Source: Minisyncoccota bacterium
GTDB taxonomy: Bacteria; Patescibacteriota; Minisyncoccia; Phycocordibacterales; XYD1-FULL-46-19
Length of the DNA stretch: 64,000 nucleotides
Direction: 5' to 3'
NCBI GenBank assembly: GCA_041657405.1
Contig: JBBABX010000002.1
Span: forward strand, 108,915 to 172,914
Position numbers and translations under genes: made by a program. Under the pieces are notes generated by a model, which ran no database searches, was not told the DNA's origin, and saw nothing but the letters and a program-made list of their open reading frames with translations. Numbering within the stretch: the first letter of the stretch is position 1; each line of letters starts with the position of its first letter. Shown in pieces: positions 9,779-19,004 of this stretch.

Positions 9779-11041
9779 TTATTTTATGATATCTTTGCCA
9801 AGATAAGGTCTTAATGCTTCCGGCACAACAACAGAACCATCAGCTTGTTGAAAATTTTCGATAAGAGGAACTAAAATTCGCGGTGAGGCAACTAATGTGC
9901 CATTTAACGAATGAACAAAGCGAAGCCTTCCTTCAGTATCACGATAACGAGTATTTAAACGACGAGCTTGAAAATCATGAAAATAAGAAATGGAATGAGT
10001 TTCACGAAATTTACCTTCAGACGGCACCCAAGCTTCAATATCATATTTTTTTACTTGACCCTGCCCCAAATCACCAGCGCAATTTATAACAACTCGATAA
10101 GGAATTTTCAAACTTTGCATGAATCGTTCTGCGTTAGCTAATAATTTTTCGTGCCAATTAACACTCTCTTGATGATTGGCTTCACAAAGAATTACTTGTT
10201 CAACTTTATAAAATTCATGGACCCTGATCAAGCCTTGGGTATCCTTACCATGACTGCCAGCTTCCCGACGATAACAGGGAGAAAAAACAATGAATTTATA
10301 AGGCAAACGATCAAGAGGCACAATTTCATCAAAATAATATCCCATTGTAGGAACTTCGGCCGTTCCGGCAAGATAATCATTATCTTGTGTTTTGTATAAA
10401 TCTTCTTCGCCGTCAGGCAAATAACCAGTTCCCATAAAATTTTCTGGGCGATCTAAAACAGGGGGTAATAATGACGTAAAACCATCCTCTAAGGCCAGTT
10501 TCATCGCATGTTGCCAAATCGCAAACGATAATAAGACAGCCTCATTTTTTAAAAAATAACCGCGAAAACCCGAAACCTTTATGCCTCGTTCAAAATCCAC
10601 CAACTTTAAATCAGTCATCAATTCTATGTGACCCTTGGGAATAAAATCAAACTTCGAACGATCACCCCAAATTTTTATTTCTTGATTCTCGCTATCATCT
10701 TTTCCTTCGGGAACAGAAGAATCCGGAATGTTAGGCACTTTAAGTAATAAATTTTTCCAAGTTTCCATTACTTGTTTTAATTCTTCTTCTTTCTTCTCAC
10801 GTGAATTTTTTACCTCCTTCATTTGTTCAATTAAATTGTCACGTTCCGTTTCGTCTTGGATTTGAGAAATTTTACTGCTGGCCTCATTCTGACACGCACG
10901 CAAATTATCAACTTCGCTTGTCAATTTAATCCTTTGTTCATCGGCTTCCAACAAAGCTTCCACATTAAAATCAGACTTTTTTTTGCGGACGGCCTCTTTA
11001 ATAACTTCTTTATTTTCCCGAATAAATTTTATATCTAGCAT
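9779..11041 (-). CDS. serS: serine--tRNA ligase
   Basis: MLDIKFIREN, LAGTAEV, CYRREAGS, GLIRVHEF, HSLNGT. Confidence 0.97.
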   Translation of the reverse strand: MLDIKFIRENKEVIKEAVRKKKSDFNVEALLEADEQRIKLTSEVDNLRACQNEASSKISQIQDETERDNLIEQMKEVKNSREKKEEELKQVMETWKNLLLKVPNIPDSSVPEGKDDSENQEIKIWGDRSKFDFIPKGHIELMTDLKLVDFERGIKVSGFRGYFLKNEAVLLSFAIWQHAMKLALEDGFTSLLPPVLDRPENFMGTGYLPDGEEDLYKTQDNDYLAGTAEVPTMGYYFDEIVPLDRLPYKFIVFSPCYRREAGSHGKDTQGLIRVHEFYKVEQVILCEANHQESVNWHEKLLANAERFMQSLKIPYRVVINCAGDLGQGQVKKYDIEAWVPSEGKFRETHSISYFHDFQARRLNTRYRDTEGRLRFVHSLNGTLVASPRILVPLIENFQQADGSVVVPEALRPYLGKDIIK

Positions 11042-11252
11042 AAAATAATATTAACAAATAGAAACCAAAAAACAAAGGGGAGAAAATAAATACAAAAAAC
11101 TTTGCAAAACAAGAATTTAAACGTTCCACTATCCGCTTGGAATGTTTATTTTTAAGATTTAAGCCGAGACTTTTTTAAAAAATTATCAAAAGGGAACAAT
11201 ATCCACGTTTTAATAGCCAGACAGTCATAAAAAATTTGTTAAAATACAAATA

Positions 11253-12125
11253 ATGGATTGGGTAATCAAAAAAATAATTGGGCAAGAAATACCACCCATT
11301 TTAAAAGAAATCCCTCAACCACCTAAATTTTTATATTCGGTGGGACAATTGCCCGATTGGCAAAAAGAAATTCTACTGTGCGTTGTTGGTTCACGCAAAT
11401 ATTCCGCTTATGGTCATGATGCCATAGAAAAAATAATTTTAGGTTTAACTGGTTATCCAATAACTATAGTTTCTGGTTTAGCATTAGGGATAGACACTTT
11501 GGCGCATCAATTTGCTCTTAGTGCCGGACTCAAAACTCTCGCTTGGCCCGGCTCTGGATTAAACCCAAAGGTTATTTACCCCTCAACCAATTATCGTTTG
11601 GCAGAAAAAATTCTTATTGAAGGCGGTTGTTTATTATCAGAATACGAGCCAAATCAACCAGCCACACTTTATACTTTTCCACGTCGCAATCGTTTGATGG
11701 CAGGGCTAGCCAAAGCTACTTTAATTATTGAAGCCGGAGCCAAGTCTGGCACCCTAATTACCGCTCGTTTAGCAACTGAATACAATCGTGATGTTTTGGC
11801 TGTACCTGGTTCAATTTTTTCACCAAATTCTTACGGTTCCAATTGGTTAATTAAACAAGGAGCTATCCCAGTCACCTCAGCAGATGATGTTTTGGGTGTC
11901 CTAGGTTTACCATCAACCAAATCTCAAATTACTAACCACGATTTTAATGAACTCTCGCCGGAAGAAAAAATAATTATTAAACTTTTGCAAGTTGAACCAC
12001 TAAACAAAGAAACTTTAATTCGCAAATCTGGTCTAAAATCAACTCAAGCCAACATTGCTCTATCAATAATGGAAATCAAAGGCTTAATCAAAGAAACAAT
12101 AGGAGAAATTCATTTGGCAATTTAG
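11253..12125 (+). CDS. dprA: DNA-protecting protein DprA
   Basis: VVGSR, IVSGLALGID, FPRRNRLMAG, SGTLITA; C-terminal wHTH; upstream of topA. Confidence 0.95.
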   Translation: MDWVIKKIIGQEIPPILKEIPQPPKFLYSVGQLPDWQKEILLCVVGSRKYSAYGHDAIEKIILGLTGYPITIVSGLALGIDTLAHQFALSAGLKTLAWPGSGLNPKVIYPSTNYRLAEKILIEGGCLLSEYEPNQPATLYTFPRRNRLMAGLAKATLIIEAGAKSGTLITARLATEYNRDVLAVPGSIFSPNSYGSNWLIKQGAIPVTSADDVLGVLGLPSTKSQITNHDFNELSPEEKIIIKLLQVEPLNKETLIRKSGLKSTQANIALSIMEIKGLIKETIGEIHLAI

Positions 12126-12251
12126 ACAAGACTTGTGTTAAAAATATTTTTAATTTTTTAACTAAGTTAAACATCAGAGGCCTAAATTAAATTTGACAAA
12201 ACATTACAAAATGCATAATACTTGCTAAACTGTTAAATAAATTTTATTAAT

Positions 12252-14429
12252 ATGAAATTATTAATTGTTGAATCACCGGCTAAGGCCAAAACTATCAGTA
12301 AGTATCTGGACAATGCTTACACCGTCAAGGCAAGTGTCGGTCATATTCGAGACTTACCAAAATCAAATAAAAACGCGATTGATATAGACAAAGGTTTTGC
12401 CCCCAACTATGTCGTTTCGCCTGGAAAAGAAAAAGTAGTTGCTGATTTAAAAAAACTAGCCAAGAAGGCGGATGAAGTAGTCCTTGCAACTGACCCCGAC
12501 CGTGAAGGCGAGGCTATTGCTTGGCACCTCAAAGAAACTATCCATCTAAAAGATCCTAAACGTATTGTTTTCCACGAAATTACTAAAGAGGCTGTTCAAG
12601 AAGCGATTAAACATCCGAGAAAAATAGATGAGGATTTACGTTTAGCCCAAGAGGCGCGTCGCGTGCTTGACCGCTTATTTGGTTATGATTTATCAGCTCT
12701 AATCTGGCAAAAAGTCCGTTACGGCTTATCTGCTGGTCGGGTACAGTCACCCGCTTTGCGTATCTTGGTTGAACGTGAAAAAGAAATCCGAGCTTTCTCA
12801 CCAGAAAAATTCTGGATTATCATGGCAAATTTTAAAACTAAAAACAGTCAACTGTTACCTTTCAAATGCAGCGAAGAACCAAAAACAGCTGAGCAAGCAG
12901 AAAAAATTGTCAGCGCTGCCCAAAAAGAAAAATGGCAGATTGCTAAAATAGATGAAACAGAAACCAAACGTTCCGCGCGCGCACCTTTTACAACTTCCAC
13001 TCTCCAACAAACCGCCTCGTCACGGCTTGGTTACGCTCCAAGCGTTACTATGCGTTTGGCCCAAAAACTTTATGAAGCCGGACATATCACTTACATGCGC
13101 ACTGATAGCACAAACTTGAGCAAGACTGCTCTCGGTGAAATAATAAATGTTGTAGAAAAAGACTTTGGACAAAACTATGTTTCGCCGCGAAATTACAAAA
13201 CAAAAAGCAAAAACGCCCAAGAAGCCCACGAGGCTATCCGTCCCACTCATGCAAACACAAAATTGATTGGCGCCAACCCTCAAGAAAAAAAATTATATCA
13301 GTTGATTTGGCAAAGAGCTGTTTCCAGTCAAATGGCTGATGCTAAAATTTTACGCACCAAAGTTATCGCCGAAAGCGACAACAAAAAAATTCCAGTCTTT
13401 GAAACCAATGGTTCGCGAATTGTTTTTGACGGCTGGCTCAAGGCCGACCCGACCGCGCGCGGTGAAGAAATTGAATTACCCAAAATGACTGCCAAAGAAC
13501 CTCTTTCATTAAAAAATATTTCAGCCGAAGGTAAGGAAACCCAACCCCCTCATCGTTATACTGAAGCTGGTTTGGTCAAGGAATTGGAAAAACGCGGCAT
13601 TGGTCGGCCAAGCACTTACGCCGCTATTATCAAAACTATTCAAGACCGCGGTTATGTAATAAAAGAAAATAAAGCCCTTCGTCCGACAGACACCGGCGAA
13701 GTGGTTAGTGATTTTTTGAGCAAACATTTTGAACAATATATTAGTGACACTTTCACCGCTGAAATGGAAAATAAACTTGATGATATTGCTGATGGCAAAC
13801 GTAACTATATCAAGACCTTGAGAGATTTTTATGACCCATTTACTAAAGAGATTGTTAGTAAAAAGAAAATTGATAAAATCACTAATCTTGGCGCGGCCCC
13901 AAGCGAAATCAAATGTCCAATTTGCGGTAGTCCAATGATCATCAAACTGGCTAAAAACGGCCGCTTTTACAGTTGTGCAAAATTTCCTAAATGCACTGGA
14001 GCTCTGACCCTGGAAGGCAAAGAATTGGCTGGACCCAAAGAAACTGGCGAAAAATGTCCGGAATGTGATAGTCCACTAGTGGAACGTGACGGCCGTTTTG
14101 GTCGTTTTGTTGCCTGTTCCAATTACCCGAAATGTCGTTACATCAAAAAAGACGCTGTATTAGAAAACGGTGAGAAGCCGGGCGATACCGGTGTCCGATG
14201 TCCAATTTGTCAAATTGGAACAATGACTGAAAAACGCGGACGTTTTGGAGTTTTTTATGGCTGCTCAAATTACCCCAAATGTAAAAATATTATCAAGTCT
14301 AAACCAACTGGCGAAATTTGCCCAATATGCGGTTCTTTGATGATGGAAGGAACTAAGACCATTCCTGACCGATGCAGTAATAAAACCTGTCCAAATCACA
14401 ACCCTCACAAATTAAAGAAGGATAAATAA
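12252..14429 (+). CDS. topA: DNA topoisomerase I with C-terminal zinc ribbons
   Basis: IVESPAKAK, DPDREGE, SAGRVQS, ITYMRTDS; several CxxC ribbons. Confidence 0.97.
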   Translation: MKLLIVESPAKAKTISKYLDNAYTVKASVGHIRDLPKSNKNAIDIDKGFAPNYVVSPGKEKVVADLKKLAKKADEVVLATDPDREGEAIAWHLKETIHLKDPKRIVFHEITKEAVQEAIKHPRKIDEDLRLAQEARRVLDRLFGYDLSALIWQKVRYGLSAGRVQSPALRILVEREKEIRAFSPEKFWIIMANFKTKNSQLLPFKCSEEPKTAEQAEKIVSAAQKEKWQIAKIDETETKRSARAPFTTSTLQQTASSRLGYAPSVTMRLAQKLYEAGHITYMRTDSTNLSKTALGEIINVVEKDFGQNYVSPRNYKTKSKNAQEAHEAIRPTHANTKLIGANPQEKKLYQLIWQRAVSSQMADAKILRTKVIAESDNKKIPVFETNGSRIVFDGWLKADPTARGEEIELPKMTAKEPLSLKNISAEGKETQPPHRYTEAGLVKELEKRGIGRPSTYAAIIKTIQDRGYVIKENKALRPTDTGEVVSDFLSKHFEQYISDTFTAEMENKLDDIADGKRNYIKTLRDFYDPFTKEIVSKKKIDKITNLGAAPSEIKCPICGSPMIIKLAKNGRFYSCAKFPKCTGALTLEGKELAGPKETGEKCPECDSPLVERDGRFGRFVACSNYPKCRYIKKDAVLENGEKPGDTGVRCPICQIGTMTEKRGRFGVFYGCSNYPKCKNIIKSKPTGEICPICGSLMMEGTKTIPDRCSNKTCPNHNPHKLKKDK

Positions 14430-14476
14430 AAATATGTTCTTTTGTCTAAGCCCAAACTCGTGCTAGAATCTTTTTT

Positions 14477-15937
14477 ATGGATGCAGAGGAAATTTTCAAT
14501 TTAATGAAAAATCCTTCATCGTCTGATAAAGACTTGATAAACAAGGCTTTATCCTTTGCAGAACATGCTCATGAAGGTCAAAAACGTTATTCCGGTGAAC
14601 CTTTTATTATTCACCCTTTTAATGTTGCTCTCTTGTTAGCTGAATTCAAAGCCGACGCGGAAACAATCGCTGCCGGTCTTTTACATGATACGGTAGAAGA
14701 CACCAATATCAGCGCTAATGATTTAAAAAAAGAATTTGGACCAGCTATCGCCTTTTTGGTTGAAGGAGTAACAAAATTGGGCAAATTAAAATACCAAGGA
14801 GCCAAGCGTCATAGTGAGAGCTTACGTAAATTATTTGTTGCGATGGCTGAAGATATAAGAGTTATTATGATTCGCCTAGCTGATCGACTCCACAATGTTC
14901 GCACCCTGCAATATGTTCCCGAGGACAAACAAAAAAGAATTGCCTTAGAAACTCTAGAGCTTTACGCGCCATTAGCCAATCGACTTGGTGTTTGGAAAAT
15001 GAAGGGCCGCCTGGAAGACGCCAGTTTTCCTTATGCTTATCCAGAAGATTATCAAAAAGTAGTTGAGCTTAGAAAATCAAAAGGTAAAGAAACTGTAAAA
15101 CGATTACAAAAAATCTACCGTGTCTTACAAAAAGCGATTGCCGAAAGGAGAATTAAAGATTTTGAAATTGATTATCGTATCAAATATCTTTACAGTCTAT
15201 ACACCAAACTCTTGCGAAAAAATATGAATATTGATGAAATCTATGATATTTCCGCATTACGAGTAATTGTTGAAACGGTTGAAGAATGTTATCAAGTGCT
15301 TGGCATTGTTCACAATCTTTGGCGTCCAGTAACTGGAAGATTAAAGGATTATATCGCCAATCCCAAGCCCAATGGTTACCAAAGTATCCATACCACTGTT
15401 CTTATTGGTGATGGCACAATCGTAGAAATCCAAATTCGCACTGAACAAATGCAACACGAAGCTGAATATGGGATTGCTTCGCATATCGCCTATGATGAAA
15501 AAACTAAAAAAATAAAAACAGCTCAGGTTCCTAAAAATATTGAGTGGATTCAAGATTTGATCAACTGGCAAAAAGAAGTAAAAGATAACCAAAAAAATAA
15601 ATTTATCAAAGAGTTGCGAAATAATTTTTTTCATGACCGAATTTTTGTTTTTACGCCAAAAGGCGAGGTGATAGAATTGCCAGACAAAGCCTCACCTCTT
15701 GACTTTGCTTACGCTATCCATTCAGACATTGGACATCATGCTTCTGGTGCCAAAATTAACGGCAAAATGAGTGCCTTAAACGCTTCTCTAACCGATGGTG
15801 ATTTGGTAGAAATTTTAACCAGCAAAAATAGCGAGCCACGAACCAAATGGCTTAATTTCGTCAAAACAACCGACGCTAAAAGACATATCCGTAGTTATCT
15901 ACATCTTAAACAACAAAAAGAAAAAGGGTTAAATTAA
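14477..15937 (+). CDS. RelA/SpoT (p)ppGpp synthetase/hydrolase (HD + synthetase + TGS, no ACT)
   Basis: LLHDTVED, ADRLHN, KPNGYQSIHT, EIQIRT, DFAYAIHS. Confidence 0.92.
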   Translation: MDAEEIFNLMKNPSSSDKDLINKALSFAEHAHEGQKRYSGEPFIIHPFNVALLLAEFKADAETIAAGLLHDTVEDTNISANDLKKEFGPAIAFLVEGVTKLGKLKYQGAKRHSESLRKLFVAMAEDIRVIMIRLADRLHNVRTLQYVPEDKQKRIALETLELYAPLANRLGVWKMKGRLEDASFPYAYPEDYQKVVELRKSKGKETVKRLQKIYRVLQKAIAERRIKDFEIDYRIKYLYSLYTKLLRKNMNIDEIYDISALRVIVETVEECYQVLGIVHNLWRPVTGRLKDYIANPKPNGYQSIHTTVLIGDGTIVEIQIRTEQMQHEAEYGIASHIAYDEKTKKIKTAQVPKNIEWIQDLINWQKEVKDNQKNKFIKELRNNFFHDRIFVFTPKGEVIELPDKASPLDFAYAIHSDIGHHASGAKINGKMSALNASLTDGDLVEILTSKNSEPRTKWLNFVKTTDAKRHIRSYLHLKQQKEKGLN

Positions 15938-16926
15938 ACAGAAAAATTTTTGATAAAATAAAGATTTTCCTCATCATCTTTAGATTCTCGATTATCTAAA
16001 TTTTTTTCTTTTACGTTTTCAGTATCAATCTCAAATTCTTCTTTAACTACTTGTTCTTGACTATTTATCTCGTCTTTAACCTCTAAAATTGACTGGGGTT
16101 TAACCTCGCTCATCATTCTAAGAATTCGCTTTAAATCGTCTTCAGATGACCAGTCAATCATCACCCGTCCCCCCTTCTCTTTTTTCTCAACTTTCACACG
16201 ATTACCATATTTTTCTGACAATTTTTCTTCCAATTCTAAAATCTCTGGTTCAACCAAAGTTTCAATCTTGCGAATTTTATCAAAAGCGATTCTTCTCGCG
16301 ATATTCTCTGTATCACGAACGTTAAGACGTTTGAAAATAATTTCTTTAAAAATAGTTATCTGTTCTTGGGGTCGATCAGTCAACATCAATAACGGTCTAG
16401 TATGACCTTCGCTGATCTTGCCAGATGCCAAGGCATCTAACATTTCTTGAGGCAAATTGAGAATGCGAATTGTATTAGACACATACTCACGACTACGACC
16501 TATCCTCTTGGCTACTTCAATGTGAGTTAAATTAAATTCCTTAATAAGTCTGAAAAAGGCTTGGGCTCTTTCAATCGGGTTAAGATCTTCTCGTTGCAAA
16601 TTTTCAATAATCGCCATCTCTAACTTTTCTTTGTCAGATTGATCACCTGTTCTAATAACCGCCGGAACTTGTTTTAATCCAGCTAATTGTGATGCTCGCC
16701 AACGTCGTTCGCCAGCAATTAATTCGTATTCAGAAAAAAGACTGCCATCTTCACGTTCCACTTCTTTTCGTGTTACCACCAAGGGTTGCAACACTCCATA
16801 TTGGCGAATAGAATCAGCCAAATCGCGCAAACGTTCATTATTGAATTCTTGTCTCGGTTGAAATGGGTTTGGTCTTATTTTTTCAACTTCAATCAAGAAA
16901 ATTTTATCTTCGTAGTTTCCAGGCAT
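15934..16926 (-). CDS. parB: ParB/Spo0J partitioning protein
   Basis: PNPFQPR, LIAGERRWRA, ENLQREDLNPIE, HTH. Confidence 0.93.
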   Translation of the reverse strand: MPGNYEDKIFLIEVEKIRPNPFQPRQEFNNERLRDLADSIRQYGVLQPLVVTRKEVEREDGSLFSEYELIAGERRWRASQLAGLKQVPAVIRTGDQSDKEKLEMAIIENLQREDLNPIERAQAFFRLIKEFNLTHIEVAKRIGRSREYVSNTIRILNLPQEMLDALASGKISEGHTRPLLMLTDRPQEQITIFKEIIFKRLNVRDTENIARRIAFDKIRKIETLVEPEILELEEKLSEKYGNRVKVEKKEKGGRVMIDWSSEDDLKRILRMMSEVKPQSILEVKDEINSQEQVVKEEFEIDTENVKEKNLDNRESKDDEENLYFIKNFSV

Positions 16927-16983
16927 ATTCTTATTTTAACATAAATTGATTTTTAGGAAAATTAGGGTAAAATAAAATAGCTA

Positions 16984-17065
16984 GCCGCTGTGGTGGAATT
17001 GGCAGACACGCACGACTCAAAATCGTGTGCCTCACGGCATGTCGGTTCGACTCCGACCAGCGGCA
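16984..17065 (+). tRNA. tRNA-Leu(CAA)
   Basis: Acceptor GCCGCTG/CAGCGGC, anticodon loop CT-CAA-AA, variable arm, GTTCGAC. Confidence 0.95.
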
Positions 17066-17098
17066 CCGAAAAATTTTCGCATACCCCACTAATTAAGA

Positions 17099-18061
17099 GT
17101 GTCTAAACTTACAGAAAAACCAAACGTCATTGTCATTCTCGGCCCAACAGCTTCAGGAAAGACTGAATTGTCTATTAAATTGGCAAAAAAAATTAATGGG
17201 GAAATAATTTCAGCCGATTCAAGACAAGTTTACAAAGGCTTGAACCTTGGCACTGGCAAAGTAACAAAAAAGGAGATGGCTGGAATACCTCATCATCTGC
17301 TTGATATCATTAACCCTCAAAATAAGTTTTCTGTTAGTAAATACCAGAAACTAGCCAAGAGAAAAATCGCGGATATTTTAAAACGAAATAAAATACCAAT
17401 TATCGTTGGAGGGACCGGTTTTTATATTCAAGCCTTAGTTGATGATTTGGCTTTGCCAAAAGTGAAACCTGACAAAAAATTGCGTGCCAAATTAAAACAA
17501 AAAACAACAGCTGAGCTTTTTGCCATCCTCCAAAAACTTGACCCTAAGCGCGCCCAGACAATTGATAATAAAAATTCTGTCCGATTAATTCGCGCAATTG
17601 AAATAACTAAATCTCTGGGTCAAGTGCCAAAATTAAAAAAAACTAATTCCCATTTTAATTTTATCCAGATTGGTCTTCAGCCCAAACCCTCAAGGCTCCA
17701 AATAAAGATAAAAAAAAGACTCTCAAACAGGTTAAAACAAGGTTTAATAGCTGAAGCAAAAAAACTCCACCAAAACGGTCTAACTTGGAAAAGAATGGAA
17801 GAACTTGGCTTAGAATATCGTTATTTGGCTCGTTTTTTGCGTGACAAAATAAAAAAAGAACAAATGATCCAAGAATTAGAAACAGAAATCAATCATTACG
17901 CCAAAAAACAAATGACTTGGTTTAAACGAGATTCAAGAATCATTTGGTTTGACCCCGCAGACAAAAATCTCTTTAAAAAAACAATGGCTCTAATAAAAAG
18001 CGGGAGCTGGAGGAATCGAACCCCCAACGACGGTTTTGGAGACCGTAGTTATACCATTTAA
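17099..18061 (+). CDS. miaA: tRNA dimethylallyltransferase
   Basis: GPTASGKT, SADSRQVY, PHHLLD, GGTGFY, YAKKQMTWF. Confidence 0.96.
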   Translation: MSKLTEKPNVIVILGPTASGKTELSIKLAKKINGEIISADSRQVYKGLNLGTGKVTKKEMAGIPHHLLDIINPQNKFSVSKYQKLAKRKIADILKRNKIPIIVGGTGFYIQALVDDLALPKVKPDKKLRAKLKQKTTAELFAILQKLDPKRAQTIDNKNSVRLIRAIEITKSLGQVPKLKKTNSHFNFIQIGLQPKPSRLQIKIKKRLSNRLKQGLIAEAKKLHQNGLTWKRMEELGLEYRYLARFLRDKIKKEQMIQELETEINHYAKKQMTWFKRDSRIIWFDPADKNLFKKTMALIKSGSWRNRTPNDGFGDRSYTI

Positions 18062-18071
18062 CTAAGCTCCC
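18001..18071 (-). tRNA. tRNA-Trp(CCA)
   Basis: GGGAGCT...ACGGT-CT-CCA-AA-ACCGT...GTTCGATTCC...AGCTCCCG. Confidence 0.93.
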
Positions 18072-18148
18072 AATCTTTTCCACAGTCAAAAACTAGTTGA
18101 TATCATAACACAAAAGTTTTTTTAAAAAAAGAAAAAAATAAAAAGAAA

Positions 18149-18167
18149 AGCCCTCACCAGGAGGGCT
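18149..18167 (-). terminator. terminator after rpmG
   Basis: AGCCCTC/GAGGGCT stem followed by a T-rich tract on the minus strand. Confidence 0.7.
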
Positions 18168-18324
18168 ATTTCTTGATTTCAACGTGTTGCGTATGTTTTT
18201 TGCACCACTTGCAATATTTTTTCAAATCAATTTTTCGCTCAACTTTTTTCTTGTTTTTGCGACTATAATAATTAATTCGTTTGCAAGATTTGCAAGCTAA
18301 TTTGATAAGGGAATCTTGTGACAT
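18166..18324 (-). CDS. rpmG: 50S ribosomal protein L33, zinc-binding form (52 aa)
   Basis: Manual translation MSQDSLIKLACKSCKRINYYSRKNKKKVERKIDLKKYCKWCKKHTQHVEIKK; not in the ORF track. Confidence 0.95.
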   Translation of the reverse strand: MSQDSLIKLACKSCKRINYYSRKNKKKVERKIDLKKYCKWCKKHTQHVEIKK

Positions 18325-18530
18325 AATTAAATTAATCCGTCTAAATGACAGAGCTTAATTATTATAGCTCAAGTTACTATATTAAGCAACTTTTTATAGT
18401 TAGAAAATTGATATTCAAAAAAATAAATAATTAAACAACTCCTTATAGTGGTTCTTGACTTTTATATTATTTCTGTATTATAATATAAAAAGATGTTAAG
18501 TCCCCAAACAAGAAGTGAGGAGAAGGAAAA

Positions 18531-18734
18531 ATGATGAAAAGAAAGATCCTGCAAGTCTTGAAGAAAAAAATCAAAGAACTTGAAAAGTTTTTGGAACAGG
18601 ATCGCCAAGACCTCAAGCATGAGGTTCATGAAATCATGATTCTCCTGGTCGAAGCCCGGAAGTGGATAGGTTCAGAAGAAATGCGAAAGCATCTTCAGAG
18701 ATTTGGAGCCCTTAATCACAGCAAGTCCTTTTAA
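18531..18734 (+). CDS. hypothetical protein (67 aa)
   Basis: Upstream TTGACT and TATAAT-like boxes plus GAGGAG SD; followed by a palindrome. Confidence 0.55.
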   Translation: MMKRKILQVLKKKIKELEKFLEQDRQDLKHEVHEIMILLVEARKWIGSEEMRKHLQRFGALNHSKSF

Positions 18735-18740
18735 AAACCA

Positions 18741-18778
18741 AAGCTCTTCAAGTATATTTAAATATACTTGAAGAGCTT
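18741..18778. repeat. perfect 38-bp palindrome, probable terminator
   Basis: AAGCTCTTCAAGTATATTT|AAATATACTTGAAGAGCTT followed by AATTTTTT. Confidence 0.8.
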
Positions 18779-18861
18779 AATTTTTTGAATTTATTTCTCA
18801 ATTTATTTGCAAAACGATTCCCCTCTCCCGCATACTTTCACATACGGGGACGTTTGTTTTG

Positions 18862-18944
18862 TGCGTAGGGAGGGATTCGAACCCCCGTAGGCCGAAGCCG
18901 CCTGATTTACAGTCAGGTGCGATTGACCACTCCGCCACCTACGC
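18862..18944 (-). tRNA. tRNA-Tyr(GTA)
   Basis: GCGTAGG...CCTGA-CT-GTA-AA-TCAGG, variable arm, GTTCGAATCC...CCTACGCA. Confidence 0.95.
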
Positions 18945-19004
18945 AATTAGGCTTATTTAAAACCTAATTTATCATAATATATCTAATGAGATCACGCAAA
19001 TTTT

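Noticed and set aside
18811-18860. CGATTCCCCTCTCCCGCA as a tRNA 3' fragment or att site
   Set aside because: No matching tRNA in the window, and it also fits a simple hairpin downstream of tRNA-Tyr
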